Of a stretch of DNA of 64,000 bases, positions 1 through 10,565 are shown in pieces; the first letter of the stretch is position 1, and each line of letters begins with the position of its first letter. A program made the position numbers and the translations under genes. The notes beneath the pieces are model-generated. The model ran no database searches. It was not told where the DNA came from and was given only the letters and a program-made list of their open reading frames with translations. The DNA comes from an uncultured delta proteobacterium (GTDB lineage: Bacteria; Desulfobacterota; Binatia; UBA9968): the NCBI GenBank assembly GCA_963737905.1, contig CAVTUQ010000017.1:12272-76271 (forward strand), given 5' to 3'.

Positions 1-43
1 TAGACGCAAAGTTCACAAAATACGACTTCTTCAGGGGATAAAA

Positions 44-1087
44 ATGAAAACTTGGATAGCGGCCATCCTGGTTGCAATTAGCCTTGGAGTAAACGCTTGG
101 GGCCAAAGCTCCCGGCCTCAGACCGCGGCTGAGCTGGGGAAATATTCAGGCGCTGACCGGGAGCGTTTGCTATACGAAGGGGCGAAGAGAGAAGGCAAGC
201 TTGTATGGTACACGTCGCTCACGCCGTACAAGGAGTTTGCCAAATCCTTCGAAGCCAGATACCCGGGTGTGACGGTTGAGCCCTATCGTGCTCCGGCTGT
301 CAACTTAGCCACGCGAACATTAGGCGAGGCTCAAGCGCGGCGTTACATTGTCGACACGTTCGAAACGACACAAGGTGCGCTGATGTTGCTGCGCGACAAC
401 AAGCTGCTCTTACCCTATACCTCCCCGCATCTAAAGGACTATCCGGAAGGCTCCAAAGAAAAAGCGCCGGGCGGTTTGTCTTTTTACGTCGTCGATCGTG
501 AATCGTATCCCGGCATCGGTTACAACAAGAACGCGATCCACGACTCCGACGTGGCCAAGAGCTTTGACGACTTGTTGAGGCCGGGATTGAAAGGCAAGAT
601 CGGCATCAGCGGAGAAGAAATCGGCAACCGGGTCATCGGCGCGATGCTGAAATCCAAAGGCGATGAATTCATCAAAAAATTGGCGGGACAGGATATCAAG
701 GTGTATGGGCTCCCCGCCCTCGGCCTGAACGAGTTGATCGTCTCCGGAGAGGTGCCGCTCACGTTTACGGCAGTGGATAGCAACATTCGACTGGCCGCGG
801 CTAGAGGGGCCCCGGTGGCATGGCTGGCGCCAGATTTGGTCCCTGTCAATTCGGGCAGCGTCGCTGTCTTCACGCATGCTCCGCATCCTCACGCAGCGCT
901 GCTGTTTATCGACTTTCTCATCGGTCCGGAGGGCCAGAAACTATTCTCCGATAAATTCGGTTATGGCACGCCGCGCAAAAATGCCGGATTCAAACGATGG
1001 TACCCGGAGCAGGGTTTGTCGACCTACGATTACGCGGAGACCATCGAGCGATGGAACAAGATCCTTTTAGAAATCTCCCGCAAGTGA
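44..1087 (+). CDS. ABC transporter extracellular solute-binding protein (Fe3+/thiamine-type family)
   Basis: Signal peptide; GAKREGKLVWYTS and APHPHAALLFIDFLIGPEGQ motifs typical of this SBP family. Confidence 0.85.
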   Translation: MKTWIAAILVAISLGVNAWGQSSRPQTAAELGKYSGADRERLLYEGAKREGKLVWYTSLTPYKEFAKSFEARYPGVTVEPYRAPAVNLATRTLGEAQARRYIVDTFETTQGALMLLRDNKLLLPYTSPHLKDYPEGSKEKAPGGLSFYVVDRESYPGIGYNKNAIHDSDVAKSFDDLLRPGLKGKIGISGEEIGNRVIGAMLKSKGDEFIKKLAGQDIKVYGLPALGLNELIVSGEVPLTFTAVDSNIRLAAARGAPVAWLAPDLVPVNSGSVAVFTHAPHPHAALLFIDFLIGPEGQKLFSDKFGYGTPRKNAGFKRWYPEQGLSTYDYAETIERWNKILLEISRK

Positions 1088-1091
1088 ATAT

Positions 1092-2066
1092 TTACGCACC
1101 CAGGGCAACGGCCGTAATGGACGGGAGTCCGCTGATGATTGTGCGCGATCCGGATGAATCGACGTGTACGACGTCGCCTTCCGATGTCGAAGCGAAAATA
1201 CCGTCCTCCCCCAACCCAGCACACATAGCCATGATGCCACCCTGCAGTCCTTCAACGGCGATGTTCCAATGGGCTCCGTCATTGCTGGCGAAAAGCGCGG
1301 CATCGGCGCGCGCTTCGCGCAGCCAGGTGTTTGGGCGGCCGAGAGCCATGGCGAGGTAAATGATTCCATTGCTGTCTTCCGCGACGGACGAGCCGAAGGT
1401 CCGATTTCCCGGCGGCGTGATATTTTCCCAATGTTCCCCGCGATCCGTGCTGCGATAGGCGCCTTCACCGCAGGCGGCGATGACGAGTCCCTTGGTCTTC
1501 GCACTGGGGAGAATTTGGTGGACGTCGGGATCATCCAAACCTTTCGTAGCGGCCGTCCACTGCCGGCCCGCATCGTCGCTAACGAGCAAGCCTCCGACCT
1601 CGATTGCCGCGTAGAGGCGCCGCGGCGTTTCATTGTCCGCGGCGAGAAAGCGGGTGCGCGCTCCCAACTCGGGACTCGGGGGAAAGCTGCCGCCGGTGGC
1701 GCCAAGACGTACGCCCGCCAGCTCCTGCCAACCGCTGCCATTGCTCGCGGTGTAGAGCGCTGCCGGCACGGTGCCGGCAAGTATCTTGCCAGGCAGCGCC
1801 AGCAGTGACGTGGTTGTTAAGCGGGGAACGTTAGGTTTAGCGCGATTCCATTTTGCACCGCCATCGTCGGTGACGAAAAGTCCGGAATGTTCCGTGGCGA
1901 TGTAGATATGGCACGCATTCTCCGGATCCACTTGGAGGGACGTCATCTTCCAGAAGGTCAGTGCCCTATCGCTTTGCATCCATTCTTGACCGTGTTGTTC
2001 AAACCGATACCAGCCCGAGTAAGTGGCTATGTGCAGTGCTTGTGCTTTTCCATCGTTGCGGCTCAT
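1092..2066 (-). CDS. BNR/Asp-box beta-propeller protein
   Basis: Repeated S/TxDGGxxW Asp-box motifs (TDDGGAKW, SDDAGRQW, STDRGEHW, SNDGAHW). Confidence 0.8.
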   Translation of the reverse strand: MSRNDGKAQALHIATYSGWYRFEQHGQEWMQSDRALTFWKMTSLQVDPENACHIYIATEHSGLFVTDDGGAKWNRAKPNVPRLTTTSLLALPGKILAGTVPAALYTASNGSGWQELAGVRLGATGGSFPPSPELGARTRFLAADNETPRRLYAAIEVGGLLVSDDAGRQWTAATKGLDDPDVHQILPSAKTKGLVIAACGEGAYRSTDRGEHWENITPPGNRTFGSSVAEDSNGIIYLAMALGRPNTWLREARADAALFASNDGAHWNIAVEGLQGGIMAMCAGLGEDGIFASTSEGDVVHVDSSGSRTIISGLPSITAVALGA

Positions 2067-2229
2067 GGTAGACCTCCTTCGAGGTTAGGCGGCACGCTAC
2101 GGGTTAGATTTGAGTGAGACTATATCGGCGAGTCGGTTCCCGTCAAGTTAGACTGAATTTTACCCGCTACGATTTGTGTAGATAACCTTTTAGCATACAT
2201 CAAATTGGACATGAAAAGGAGAAAAATCG

Positions 2230-3048
2230 ATGGCGACGAATTATGAGACCCTGCTTTTGACCAAGGACGGCGGCATTACGACGATTACGTTCAACCGTCC
2301 GGAGAAACGCAATGCGATGAGCCCGCAGCTCCACCGGGAAATGTTTGAGCTGCTCACCGAGCTCCGTTACGATAAAGAGTCGCGGGTGATCGTGCTGACC
2401 GGCGCCGGCGAGAGTTTTTGCGCCGGCCAAGATCTAAAACAGTATGCCCTCGAGTTGGAAAGCCAGCCGGCGAGGGTGCGCGACGAGGTGCGCGAGAAGG
2501 TCCGGCGTTGGCGCAACGAGATGCTGCGAACCTTGCCGCAGCCGATTATCGCGCGGATCACGGGTTGGTGCCTGGGCGGAGCCCTCACCGTGGTGGCCGG
2601 ATGTGACATCGCCATTGCCGCGGAGGACGCGCTTTTTGGTCTTCCAGAAGTCAACTTCGGTCATTTCCCCGCCGGCGATACCACTCCCGTTCTTACTGAA
2701 AATATTCAGGCCAAGCATGGGCTTTACTATGCCCTGACAGGAGAGATGATGACCGCCAGAGAGGCGGAACGGATCGGCCTCATCACGAAAGTCGTTCCGC
2801 GCGCAGATCTGGACAAAGAAGTTGCGAGGGTTGCCAAATGTCTCGCCGAAAAAAGTCCCATGGCACTGAAAGCGGTAAAGGAGGCTTGGTATTACAGTTC
2901 GTATTCAACACCGGCGGTTGCCTACGAGATCTCAAATTTGATTTCCCAGCGCACGATACGCGAGCATGGCGGGCGGCCAGGCCTGGAGCAGTTTGTGCAA
3001 AAGAAGTTTCGCCCGGTATCCGGCGTCATGAACCTTGAAAAGGAGTGA
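2230..3048 (+). CDS. Enoyl-CoA hydratase/isomerase, hydroxycinnamoyl-CoA hydratase-lyase-like
   Basis: NRPEKRNAMSP, FCAGQDLK, GWCLGGA, FGLPEVNFG crotonase motifs; AGGAG RBS upstream. Confidence 0.85.
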   Translation: MATNYETLLLTKDGGITTITFNRPEKRNAMSPQLHREMFELLTELRYDKESRVIVLTGAGESFCAGQDLKQYALELESQPARVRDEVREKVRRWRNEMLRTLPQPIIARITGWCLGGALTVVAGCDIAIAAEDALFGLPEVNFGHFPAGDTTPVLTENIQAKHGLYYALTGEMMTAREAERIGLITKVVPRADLDKEVARVAKCLAEKSPMALKAVKEAWYYSSYSTPAVAYEISNLISQRTIREHGGRPGLEQFVQKKFRPVSGVMNLEKE

Positions 3049-3186
3049 GAGTCACGGAATTGTTACTCGCAAGAAACGAAGAAATCCTGGATTTTGGAAG
3101 CGAGAGATGGGCTTACTGCGCAAAAAATTTTGCCGGCCATATTTGAAAATCGGCGTTAAAATGCCAAACTACCGGCAAGGAGGTAC

Positions 3187-3402
3187 GTGATGATTTCTGA
3201 AGTTAAAACCATTGGTGAAACTGCCGGTTTGGTGTGGCAATTTTTGCGCTCCAACGGAGAATCCAGCCTTAGCGCATTGGAGAAAGGCGTTAAAGCTCCG
3301 AGATCGACAGTCTCGATGGCGGTGGGGTGGCTTGCGCGCGAAGGCAAGATAGAAGTGAAGGACGAGAAGCGAGCTGTCCGAATCTCCTTAAGAGACGCTT
3401 GA
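3187..3402 (+). CDS. Small winged-helix protein (DUF2582-like)
   Basis: IGETAGLVWQFL...MAVGWLAREGKI signature. Confidence 0.85.
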   Translation: MMISEVKTIGETAGLVWQFLRSNGESSLSALEKGVKAPRSTVSMAVGWLAREGKIEVKDEKRAVRISLRDA

Positions 3403-3717
3403 TGCGATACATCAGGTAAGTCCCCATGGATTTACCTGCCAGAAAATACTCTGAGTGCAACATCACTAGCCTTACCGTGTCCGCAAATCTCGCTTTTCAA
3501 CGAGACCCCCCGAACTGCGGACCCGCCGACCTAAGTCCAAGTGATTCGGAACAAAGAAAACTAGTCAGAGTACAGGACTTTGCTGTCCCTAGGCTTTGAA
3601 GTCCACTCTTCGCGGTGCGGAAACTATGGGTTCCAGACGGCGCGGCACTTCTTTGAGCGCCGCTTTTTGACCCTGCGGAGAATCAAAATTCACCCCGCGA
3701 AAATATTGGCGTCGCGC

Positions 3718-4143
3718 TCATTTCTGCGGCAGCACTTCTTTGACAACTTTGAAGATCGGCGTCAGATGCGCCGGTTTAATCGGTTCCTGCGCTTTGTAAA
3801 GCACATCGTGGATCGTATTTGCACCCGCGCTGAAAACGTCCGGCAAATATTTATCGCCCCGTCTTTCGGCGAGAACCCGCGCGCCCAGTTGTCCTCCCGC
3901 CCCTAGAACGATGCTCACTTTGATTTTCGGATACTTCTTCCTAAAGCCTTCAAGAATACGATCATATTCATAGCAGCAGCCATATAGCGTTAACTGGCCT
4001 TCCGCTTCAGCCGCGCGCGCCGTTTTTTCCCAGTCGTCTTTCCAGCTGGCCTGCGCCCCAAGGACAGCAGGGGATATCACGATGAAAAGAAGGAACGCGC
4101 TGATGAAAGATATTACGTCTATGGCAAAGCGATAGAAGTGCAT
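3718..4143 (-). pseudogene. Internally deleted solute-binding protein
   Basis: SBP N-terminus (WEKTARAAEAEGQLTLYG, RVLAERRGDKYLPDV) ends after only 141 aa, versus about 340 aa for paralogues in this window. Confidence 0.65.
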
Positions 4144-4258
4144 GAGGCAAAGTTATTGATGCAACGCAACTATGTCAACCACGCTGAAGCGAGAGAACAG
4201 GGTATAAGCAAAGATTGCGTATTTTTTAAGAAAATTCCGCTTTTTTCTTTGACCCTAG

Positions 4259-5584
4259 GTGAATAATGCTGTAGGGTTGGAAAAGTTTTTGTTCACCGTG
4301 ATGAAGCAGCGAAAATATTTTGATGCCTCGATTCTGCATCGTTTGCGCGCATCGCTGGTCCGTGTCACTGGACTTGCTTTCGCTACAATAGTTTTGGTGT
4401 TGTGCACGCCGTTTGTAACTCCTCCGCAAAAGGAACATGAGCCCAAGCTTTCTCCGCCGGTTGCTGCCGAGGAACCGCCGCGCGTCGGCGTCAAGTTGCG
4501 TCGCGGCGACACCCTGGCTTCAGTGCTCAAGCGTTTCGGCGTAAAGCCGCCATCGGCTCACGCCATCGTCGACAAAGTGCGGCCTTTCTTGAATCCACGC
4601 CAGATTCAACCAGGCCACAACGTCCAGATGCTTTTGAGTCCTGAAGACAAAACGGTGCAGGGGATGGAGTTGGTCGTCGATAATAATCTGGTGCGCGTAA
4701 AGGCGACGGCGGACGGGTGGTTGGCAGAGCGCGAAGAGATTCCCTTTGTCCGGGAAACCCGGGTGATTGCCGGTACGATAGACGACAGCCTCTATCAAAG
4801 CGGTGTCGCCGCCGGACTCACGCCGCGACATATTATGGCGCTCGCGAAGATCTTCGAATACGACATTGACTTTTTTTCTGACTTTCATCAGGGCGATGGT
4901 TTTTATTTCGCCGTTGAGGAGTTGCGCTACGCGGATGGCCGGCGGGTACTGGGACGGATTCTCGCTGCTGAGCTGGAATCGGGGGATGAAACATTCAGCA
5001 CCTTTTATTACGCGGCGAAGGACGGTCGCGGCGCCTACTATGACAGCGAAGGGCGATCTGCTCGACGCTCTTTTCTGCGCGCGCCTCTGAGTTATGTGAG
5101 AATCTCTTCTCCGTTTAGTTTCAACCGGCAGCATCCCATCTTCCGCACCGTGCGTCCGCATATGGCCATCGATTATGCGGCTCCGGCGGGGACACCGGTG
5201 GTCGCCATAGGAAAAGGGGTTGTAGACTTTGTCGGTTGGCGTAACGGGTACGGCAACGTCGTCGATATCCGCCATGCAGGCGAGTACATGTCGCGCTACG
5301 CTCATTTCTCCCGGTTTGCCAAAGGCATCCGCAGAGGAATGGCGGTAGAGGCGGGAGATGTTGTGGGTTATGTCGGGCAAACCGGCCACGCGACCGGTCC
5401 CCATCTTCACTTCGAATTCTTACGCGGCGGGCAAAAAATTAACTTCCTCAGTCTGCGGCTTCCGAAGAACGATCGTTTGGAAGGTCAAGACTTGCGGCGC
5501 TTTAAACAGCTGCGCGATGAACGGCAGGTGCAGTTGCACAGTAGAGAGAACCAGGTCGTGCGTAGCGTCACTGAGGGTTTCTAG
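4259..5584 (+). CDS. M23 family peptidoglycan DD-metalloendopeptidase (MepM-like)
   Basis: HMAIDYAAP (HxxxD) and ATGPHLHFE (HxH) motifs; N-terminal TM and LysM-like segment; start uncertain. Confidence 0.9.
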   Translation: MNNAVGLEKFLFTVMKQRKYFDASILHRLRASLVRVTGLAFATIVLVLCTPFVTPPQKEHEPKLSPPVAAEEPPRVGVKLRRGDTLASVLKRFGVKPPSAHAIVDKVRPFLNPRQIQPGHNVQMLLSPEDKTVQGMELVVDNNLVRVKATADGWLAEREEIPFVRETRVIAGTIDDSLYQSGVAAGLTPRHIMALAKIFEYDIDFFSDFHQGDGFYFAVEELRYADGRRVLGRILAAELESGDETFSTFYYAAKDGRGAYYDSEGRSARRSFLRAPLSYVRISSPFSFNRQHPIFRTVRPHMAIDYAAPAGTPVVAIGKGVVDFVGWRNGYGNVVDIRHAGEYMSRYAHFSRFAKGIRRGMAVEAGDVVGYVGQTGHATGPHLHFEFLRGGQKINFLSLRLPKNDRLEGQDLRRFKQLRDERQVQLHSRENQVVRSVTEGF

Positions 5585-5638
5585 TGGTCCGAACCCACCC
5601 CCCCAAACGACGACACAGCATCAGAGCCTCCAGATTAG

Positions 5639-5818
5639 CTAGGCGTCACGAATGTTCGCTTTGACGCGCTCGATCAGCTCCGGCGTCACTTGCCGGATGC
5701 CGTGTTGCATGGCGTGCTCACCTGCTTTCTGCAGTACCTCCTCTTCTGTCTCACCCCGTACGATGTGCTGACACCCGCTCGACGGGTCTACTTTGGCGCA
5801 TTCCAGGATCTTTGCCAT
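5639..5818 (-). CDS. DUF1059 family small metal-binding protein
   Basis: MAKILEC...GC...RGETEEEVL..AGEHA..HG; GGAGG RBS before ATG at 5818. Confidence 0.85.
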   Translation of the reverse strand: MAKILECAKVDPSSGCQHIVRGETEEEVLQKAGEHAMQHGIRQVTPELIERVKANIRDA

Positions 5819-6070
5819 GACGGCCTCCTTATTTTTAACGTGATCCACTAATATCTAGGGTCGCTGTGAATGCAATGCTTTTAGCAGGCCCTATACACTG
5901 ATATTTTTACGAGGTGATCAGCCCGCCCAAAATGTCGGAGATGCCGGCGAATTCGGCCGTTAAGTGCGAGCAACAGTACTGCGGCAAGACCGATAAGCGC
6001 ACCCCGATCAAACCGCCAAGGAAGTTCGGTTCAGTCATAAACAGTCGAGGCTAGTGAATAGCCGTTGCAA

Positions 6071-7148
6071 TTATTCCTTTTGGCTTCCCTTTACCTTGGC
6101 TTTCGCCTCGTCAATAATCGGTTGAATTTTTTTCTTTAGCCCGGGATTAAGTTGGAAGGCCTTTTGAAAATCCGCGTCTCCTTCCTTTTCCTTGCTCTGG
6201 TAGAGGCGGGCGATTCCTCGATAGACATAGGCCTCCGCGTTGCGTGGCTGCATACGTATCACGTCGCTAAAATCCCGGACTGCATAATCGTATTTTTCGG
6301 CGCGGAGATAGGCCAGGCCGCGGTTGTAGGGTGCCTCTGGATCTTTTGGCGCGAGCCTAATCGATTCGCTGTAGTCCTCGATGGCCTCATCGGTCTTTCC
6401 CAACTTGGCGTTCGCCAGTCCCCGATTATAATAGGCGTCGGCGTTTTTTGGTTGCTGCTGGATTGTTTCGCTAAAATCGCGAACCGCCTTTTCCTGCTCT
6501 CCGAGAAAAGCGTAGGCAATGCCGCGATTGTAATAGGCGGCGGCAAGTTTGGAATCTAAGCTCAGGGCTTGATCGTAGTCCGTTGTGGCTTCATCGTGCT
6601 TGCCCAGTGCGAGGTAGGCGTTGCCCCGATTATAGTAGTTATTTGCGTCTTGCGGGCTAATTCGGATCGCTTCGCTGAAGTCTTTCACGGCGGCCTCATA
6701 TCGTCGCGCATCGAAGTGAATGCTGCCGCGATTGACGTAATTCTTCGCGTCTTCCGGGCTCAGCTTGATCGCTGCTGTGTAGTCCTTGAGCGCGATCTCT
6801 TCTTTTTTGAGACGGCGATAGGCATTGCCGCGGTTATAGTAGGCCTCCGCGTCCTTGTGGATTAAGCGGATCACTTCGCTGTAGTCCTTGATCGCCTAGC
6901 TCGTTCTGGCCCAGATCGTAATAGGCGTTGCCGCGATTGAAATAAGCGTCCGCAAGTTTCGGATTCATCTTGACTGCGCGGTCGTACTCCCGGATCGCCT
7001 CTTTAGGTTTGCCGGCATCGTGCAGCTTCAAGCCCTCATTCAGCGCCTCCTCGGCTTGGCCCGACCAAGCCGGGGTGACAATCAAAAAAATCCAGAGCGC
7101 GGCAAGAAGGGCACATGTTTTTTGTAGATGCGGCATACCTGCCTTCAA
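6071..7148 (-). CDS. Secreted TPR-repeat protein, split by a single-base frameshift near 6897
   Basis: AYxNRGxAY TPR repeats in ORFs 6834-7148 and 6071-6874; removing one base restores GQNELAIKDYSEVIR. Confidence 0.8.
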
Positions 7149-8197
7149 CGTTGAGTGGACGGTGCTTTTTGATCGGTGATCAGGGGATCAAGTTTTTCTT
7201 TCAGACTTGGCTCCAACTCGACGGCTTTTTTAAAGTCTTTCTGCGCATCCTCGTTTTTTCCCTGGCGCAGCTTCACCATTCCCCGGTTGCCGTAAATCCG
7301 GGCATTTTTGGGGTCGAGTTTTATGGCTTCATCGTAATCTCGTAACGCCTGGTCGTACTTGCCGAGCAGCGAGTAAGCGTTGCCGCGGTTGTTGTAAGCC
7401 TCGGCATCCTTGGAATTGAGTTTGATTGCCTCGGAATAATCTTTTACCGCCAGCTCATGGTTGCCCAGCCGGCGCTGCGCGAGTCCACGGCTGGAATATA
7501 TTTCAGAGTCCTTGGGGCTCAGTTTCTGGGCCTGATTGAAATCTTGAATCGCTTTTTCGAACTGGCCCAGGCGCGTGTAGGCTTCACCCCGCTGGTAGTG
7601 GGCTTTAGTTGATTTCGGCGTGTGCTTGATGACCTCGTCGTAGTCTTTTATCGCGGCCTGGTACTGCTTCTGCGCGAAGTGAGCATTGGCACGGTTGTAG
7701 AAAACATCGGTGAGTTTGGGATTTTGTTGCAACGCTTCGTCAAAGCTCTTGACGGCGTTGTCGTACTGTCCGAGCTTATAATAGGCCAGGCCACGGTTGT
7801 TGTAGACCTCCGTGAGCTTTGGATTGCGGCGCACGGCTTCGTCATAATCTTTGATAGCCGCTTGGTATTGTTTAGATTCGTCGTGGGCATCACCTCGCTT
7901 GTAATAGGCGTCTGCCAGATCCGGATTTAGCCTAATGGCCTCATCGTAATCCTTGATGGCCCGATCTGACTCCCCAAGTTTGGCATAGGCGGAACCCCTG
8001 CCGAGATAAGCTTCAGCGGCTTTGGGTGCAGCCTTGATCGTTCTGTCGTAGGCGGCGATGGCTTCCTTAAACTTTCCGGCGCGGTAGAACTTCACCCCCT
8101 CGTTAAAGGCGTCTTGTGCTTCGCCGGCAAAAAGCAGGCTTGCTATTCCGATAAAGACAACGCCCGAGATCCACCCCATGCCTGATTGCGCTCTCAT
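7145..8197 (-). CDS. Secreted TPR-repeat protein
   Basis: Signal peptide and about 9 TPR repeats; paralogue of the adjacent gene. Confidence 0.9.
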   Translation of the reverse strand: MRAQSGMGWISGVVFIGIASLLFAGEAQDAFNEGVKFYRAGKFKEAIAAYDRTIKAAPKAAEAYLGRGSAYAKLGESDRAIKDYDEAIRLNPDLADAYYKRGDAHDESKQYQAAIKDYDEAVRRNPKLTEVYNNRGLAYYKLGQYDNAVKSFDEALQQNPKLTDVFYNRANAHFAQKQYQAAIKDYDEVIKHTPKSTKAHYQRGEAYTRLGQFEKAIQDFNQAQKLSPKDSEIYSSRGLAQRRLGNHELAVKDYSEAIKLNSKDAEAYNNRGNAYSLLGKYDQALRDYDEAIKLDPKNARIYGNRGMVKLRQGKNEDAQKDFKKAVELEPSLKEKLDPLITDQKAPSTQR

Positions 8198-8326
8198 GCT
8201 GTCAAGATGTTTAACTTATGGCGTCAAGAATGTCCACTTTGTGCGCGGGCGCCGATCGTGCCTGGACAAAACGGCCAAAAAGGAATAAGGGTGGGAGATA
8301 ATGATTAGCGACAGGAGGATAGAGTT

Positions 8327-9382
8327 ATGAGCACAGCCGCAGCATCGACGGCAGAGTCGGTTCTCGCCGGTGAATCAATCGTTTCGGCGGATTCCCATAT
8401 CATGGAACCGGTGGATCTTTGGGAAAAGAATTTGACGCCCAGCCTAAAGGAGAAATACCCCAAATTTCCTCCGCGCAACTCGCCGGGGGAAAAGCCGGGA
8501 GGGTGGGATCCCAAAGCACGTCTTGGAGAAATGGAAGTCGACGGGGTTAGCGCCGAGGTGCTTTATCCGACCTTCGGCCTGCGCTTGTTTGCTTTGGAGG
8601 ATGCCGATGTACAAGAGGCCTGCTTCCGAATCGCCAACGATTGGCTGATCGATTACTGCAAGGTTTCGCCGGGCCGGTTAGTAGGAATCCCGATGATCTC
8701 CCTTTACAACCTCAAGAACGCGATTAAAGAGCTCGAGCGTTGTAAGAAAGAGGGATTGGTGGGCAGTTTGATCTGGCAGGTCCCGCCGGAGCATCTGTCG
8801 TTTACCAGCGACTATTACGATCCGTTTTGGGAAGCCTCTCAGGATTTGAACATGCCGGTCAACCTGCACATTCTCACCGGCTTCAACTACAGCCGCTTTG
8901 ATCGCAAGGGACTCGATACTTACAGAATGACGGTGAATCAGAAGCTGGCCGATGCCGCCAATACTTTGTTTGATCTCGTGTTCAGCGGCGTCATGGCACG
9001 GTTCCCCAAGCTGAAGTTCGTCTATGTGGAGAACGAAGTCGGCTGGATCCCGTTTTTCGTTCATGAATGGGACAAGTATTTCGTCCGCCACAGCCCGAAA
9101 ATGCCTCTCCCGTATATGAAGAAATTACCCGGAGAGTACGTCGCCGAACAGGTTTACGCGACGTTTTTCAGCGACCCGGCGGGCGGGCGGCTGATGGAGG
9201 ATTTCGGTCAAGACACCTTCATGTGGTCCAACGATTATCCCCATGCAGCGTCCACTTGGCCCCATTCGCGCGATGTTATTGCCAGGGAGCTTGGTCACCT
9301 ACCCAAAGATATCCTTCGAAAAGTCGTGCGCGATAACGTGATTAAGCTCTACGATCTCAAGATTGACGGAATAAATAATTAA
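8327..9382 (+). CDS. Amidohydrolase_2 family protein
   Basis: SADSH metal motif, EVLYPT, WSNDYPH. Confidence 0.9.
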   Translation: MSTAAASTAESVLAGESIVSADSHIMEPVDLWEKNLTPSLKEKYPKFPPRNSPGEKPGGWDPKARLGEMEVDGVSAEVLYPTFGLRLFALEDADVQEACFRIANDWLIDYCKVSPGRLVGIPMISLYNLKNAIKELERCKKEGLVGSLIWQVPPEHLSFTSDYYDPFWEASQDLNMPVNLHILTGFNYSRFDRKGLDTYRMTVNQKLADAANTLFDLVFSGVMARFPKLKFVYVENEVGWIPFFVHEWDKYFVRHSPKMPLPYMKKLPGEYVAEQVYATFFSDPAGGRLMEDFGQDTFMWSNDYPHAASTWPHSRDVIARELGHLPKDILRKVVRDNVIKLYDLKIDGINN

Positions 9383-9413
9383 AGGACTAATCCAATATTG
9401 GAAGGAGCCAGAG

Positions 9414-9905
9414 ATGCAAGCAACCGCAGCCGCAAGAAAAGAAACAGAGGAAAAGCCAAAAGCCTATACTTTCTCGCTGAAAACCCCGTACATGCAGCAG
9501 GGGCGCGTTACCCAGCTCGTCGCGGAAACCGCGAACATGTGGATCCACACGAAAATCAACGCCGAGGGCGGTGAAAACGAAATCCATTCTCACCTCGACG
9601 AAGATCATTCCTTTATCGTGCTGGAAGGCGAGATGAGCGTGTTCGACGAAAAAGGCAATGAGATGAAGGTGGAAAAGTACCAGGGAGTCATGATTCCCAA
9701 GGGCGCGTACTATCGTTATCTGAACACCGGGTCCGGAAATTTGGTCGTCCTGCGTATCGGGGCGGGCATCAAGGGCCAACCCCAGGGTGGCGTGGACATG
9801 CGCGTTCGCCCCGATGGCCGGCCGCTGCTCGCGGGCTCGGTTGAGAACAAGACGCTGCCGCCCATCGAAATGCCCGGTAAGTTTTTCGCCGAATCGGCAG
9901 GATAA
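9414..9905 (+). CDS. Cupin domain protein
   Basis: GGENEIHSHLDEDHSFIVLEG cupin motif. Confidence 0.85.
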   Translation: MQATAAARKETEEKPKAYTFSLKTPYMQQGRVTQLVAETANMWIHTKINAEGGENEIHSHLDEDHSFIVLEGEMSVFDEKGNEMKVEKYQGVMIPKGAYYRYLNTGSGNLVVLRIGAGIKGQPQGGVDMRVRPDGRPLLAGSVENKTLPPIEMPGKFFAESAG

Positions 9906-9909
9906 CAGT

Positions 9910-9988
9910 AGACCAGACACAAGGAGACAGAGGACAAGGAGAAAACAGAGGGAGACAATGAGACGCGGTCTCCTTGTCTCCTTGTCTG
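9910..9988. repeat. GACAAGGA-unit inverted repeat (REP-like)
   Basis: acaaggagac..gacaaggaga paired with tctccttgtctccttgtc. Confidence 0.6.
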
Positions 9989-9995
9989 ATTTTTC

Positions 9996-10565
9996 ATGTC
10001 CCAAGCTGAACAAATCTTCTCGTGGGAAACGCCGCCGGAACTGTGGCGCGGCTTCAAAACCACCAGCCCCGGTTGGCAAGGCAACGTCGTCTCTCTTTAC
10101 ATTGCGCCGCAACCAGCCCAGCTGATGGTTCCTGTGTCCCAAGTGCGCGCCTTTGCGGACCGAGGCTTGGAAGGCGACCGCTTTTTTCGCGAATCGTGGA
10201 GAGCAGCGAACCGCCCTGACAAGGCGGTGAGCCTCATTGAAGAGGAGACTCTTGAAGCGGCTGCGGCCGAACTGGGTACCGAGACGTTTGGCGACAAAAC
10301 GCGGCGTAACATCGTCACCCGCGGCGTGCCGCTTGTTGAATTGCTAGATCGCGAATTCATCATCGGTGGCGTGGTCATGCGGGGTATCCGGCTATTCGAG
10401 CCCTGCGGCCATCTGGAAAAGGTTTCTAAAGTTGCCGGAATATTTCGCGCCTTAGAACACCGTAGCGGCCTCAAGGCGGCGATCCTGAGTGACGGTGTCA
10501 TCCGTGTCGGCGATCCGGTTGGGCTACGCGGAGAGACTCGGCCGGCGACCTCGTCATCGGCGTGA
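9996..10565 (+). CDS. MOSC domain protein
   Basis: GLEGDR, RRNIVTRG, EPCGHL, GVIRVGD motifs. Confidence 0.9.
   Translation: MSQAEQIFSWETPPELWRGFKTTSPGWQGNVVSLYIAPQPAQLMVPVSQVRAFADRGLEGDRFFRESWRAANRPDKAVSLIEEETLEAAAAELGTETFGDKTRRNIVTRGVPLVELLDREFIIGGVVMRGIRLFEPCGHLEKVSKVAGIFRALEHRSGLKAAILSDGVIRVGDPVGLRGETRPATSSSA

Noticed and set aside
3540-3620. c-di-GMP-I riboswitch-like GGGACAGCAAAG on the minus strand
   Set aside because: The other conserved elements are missing and it does not lie 5' of a gene
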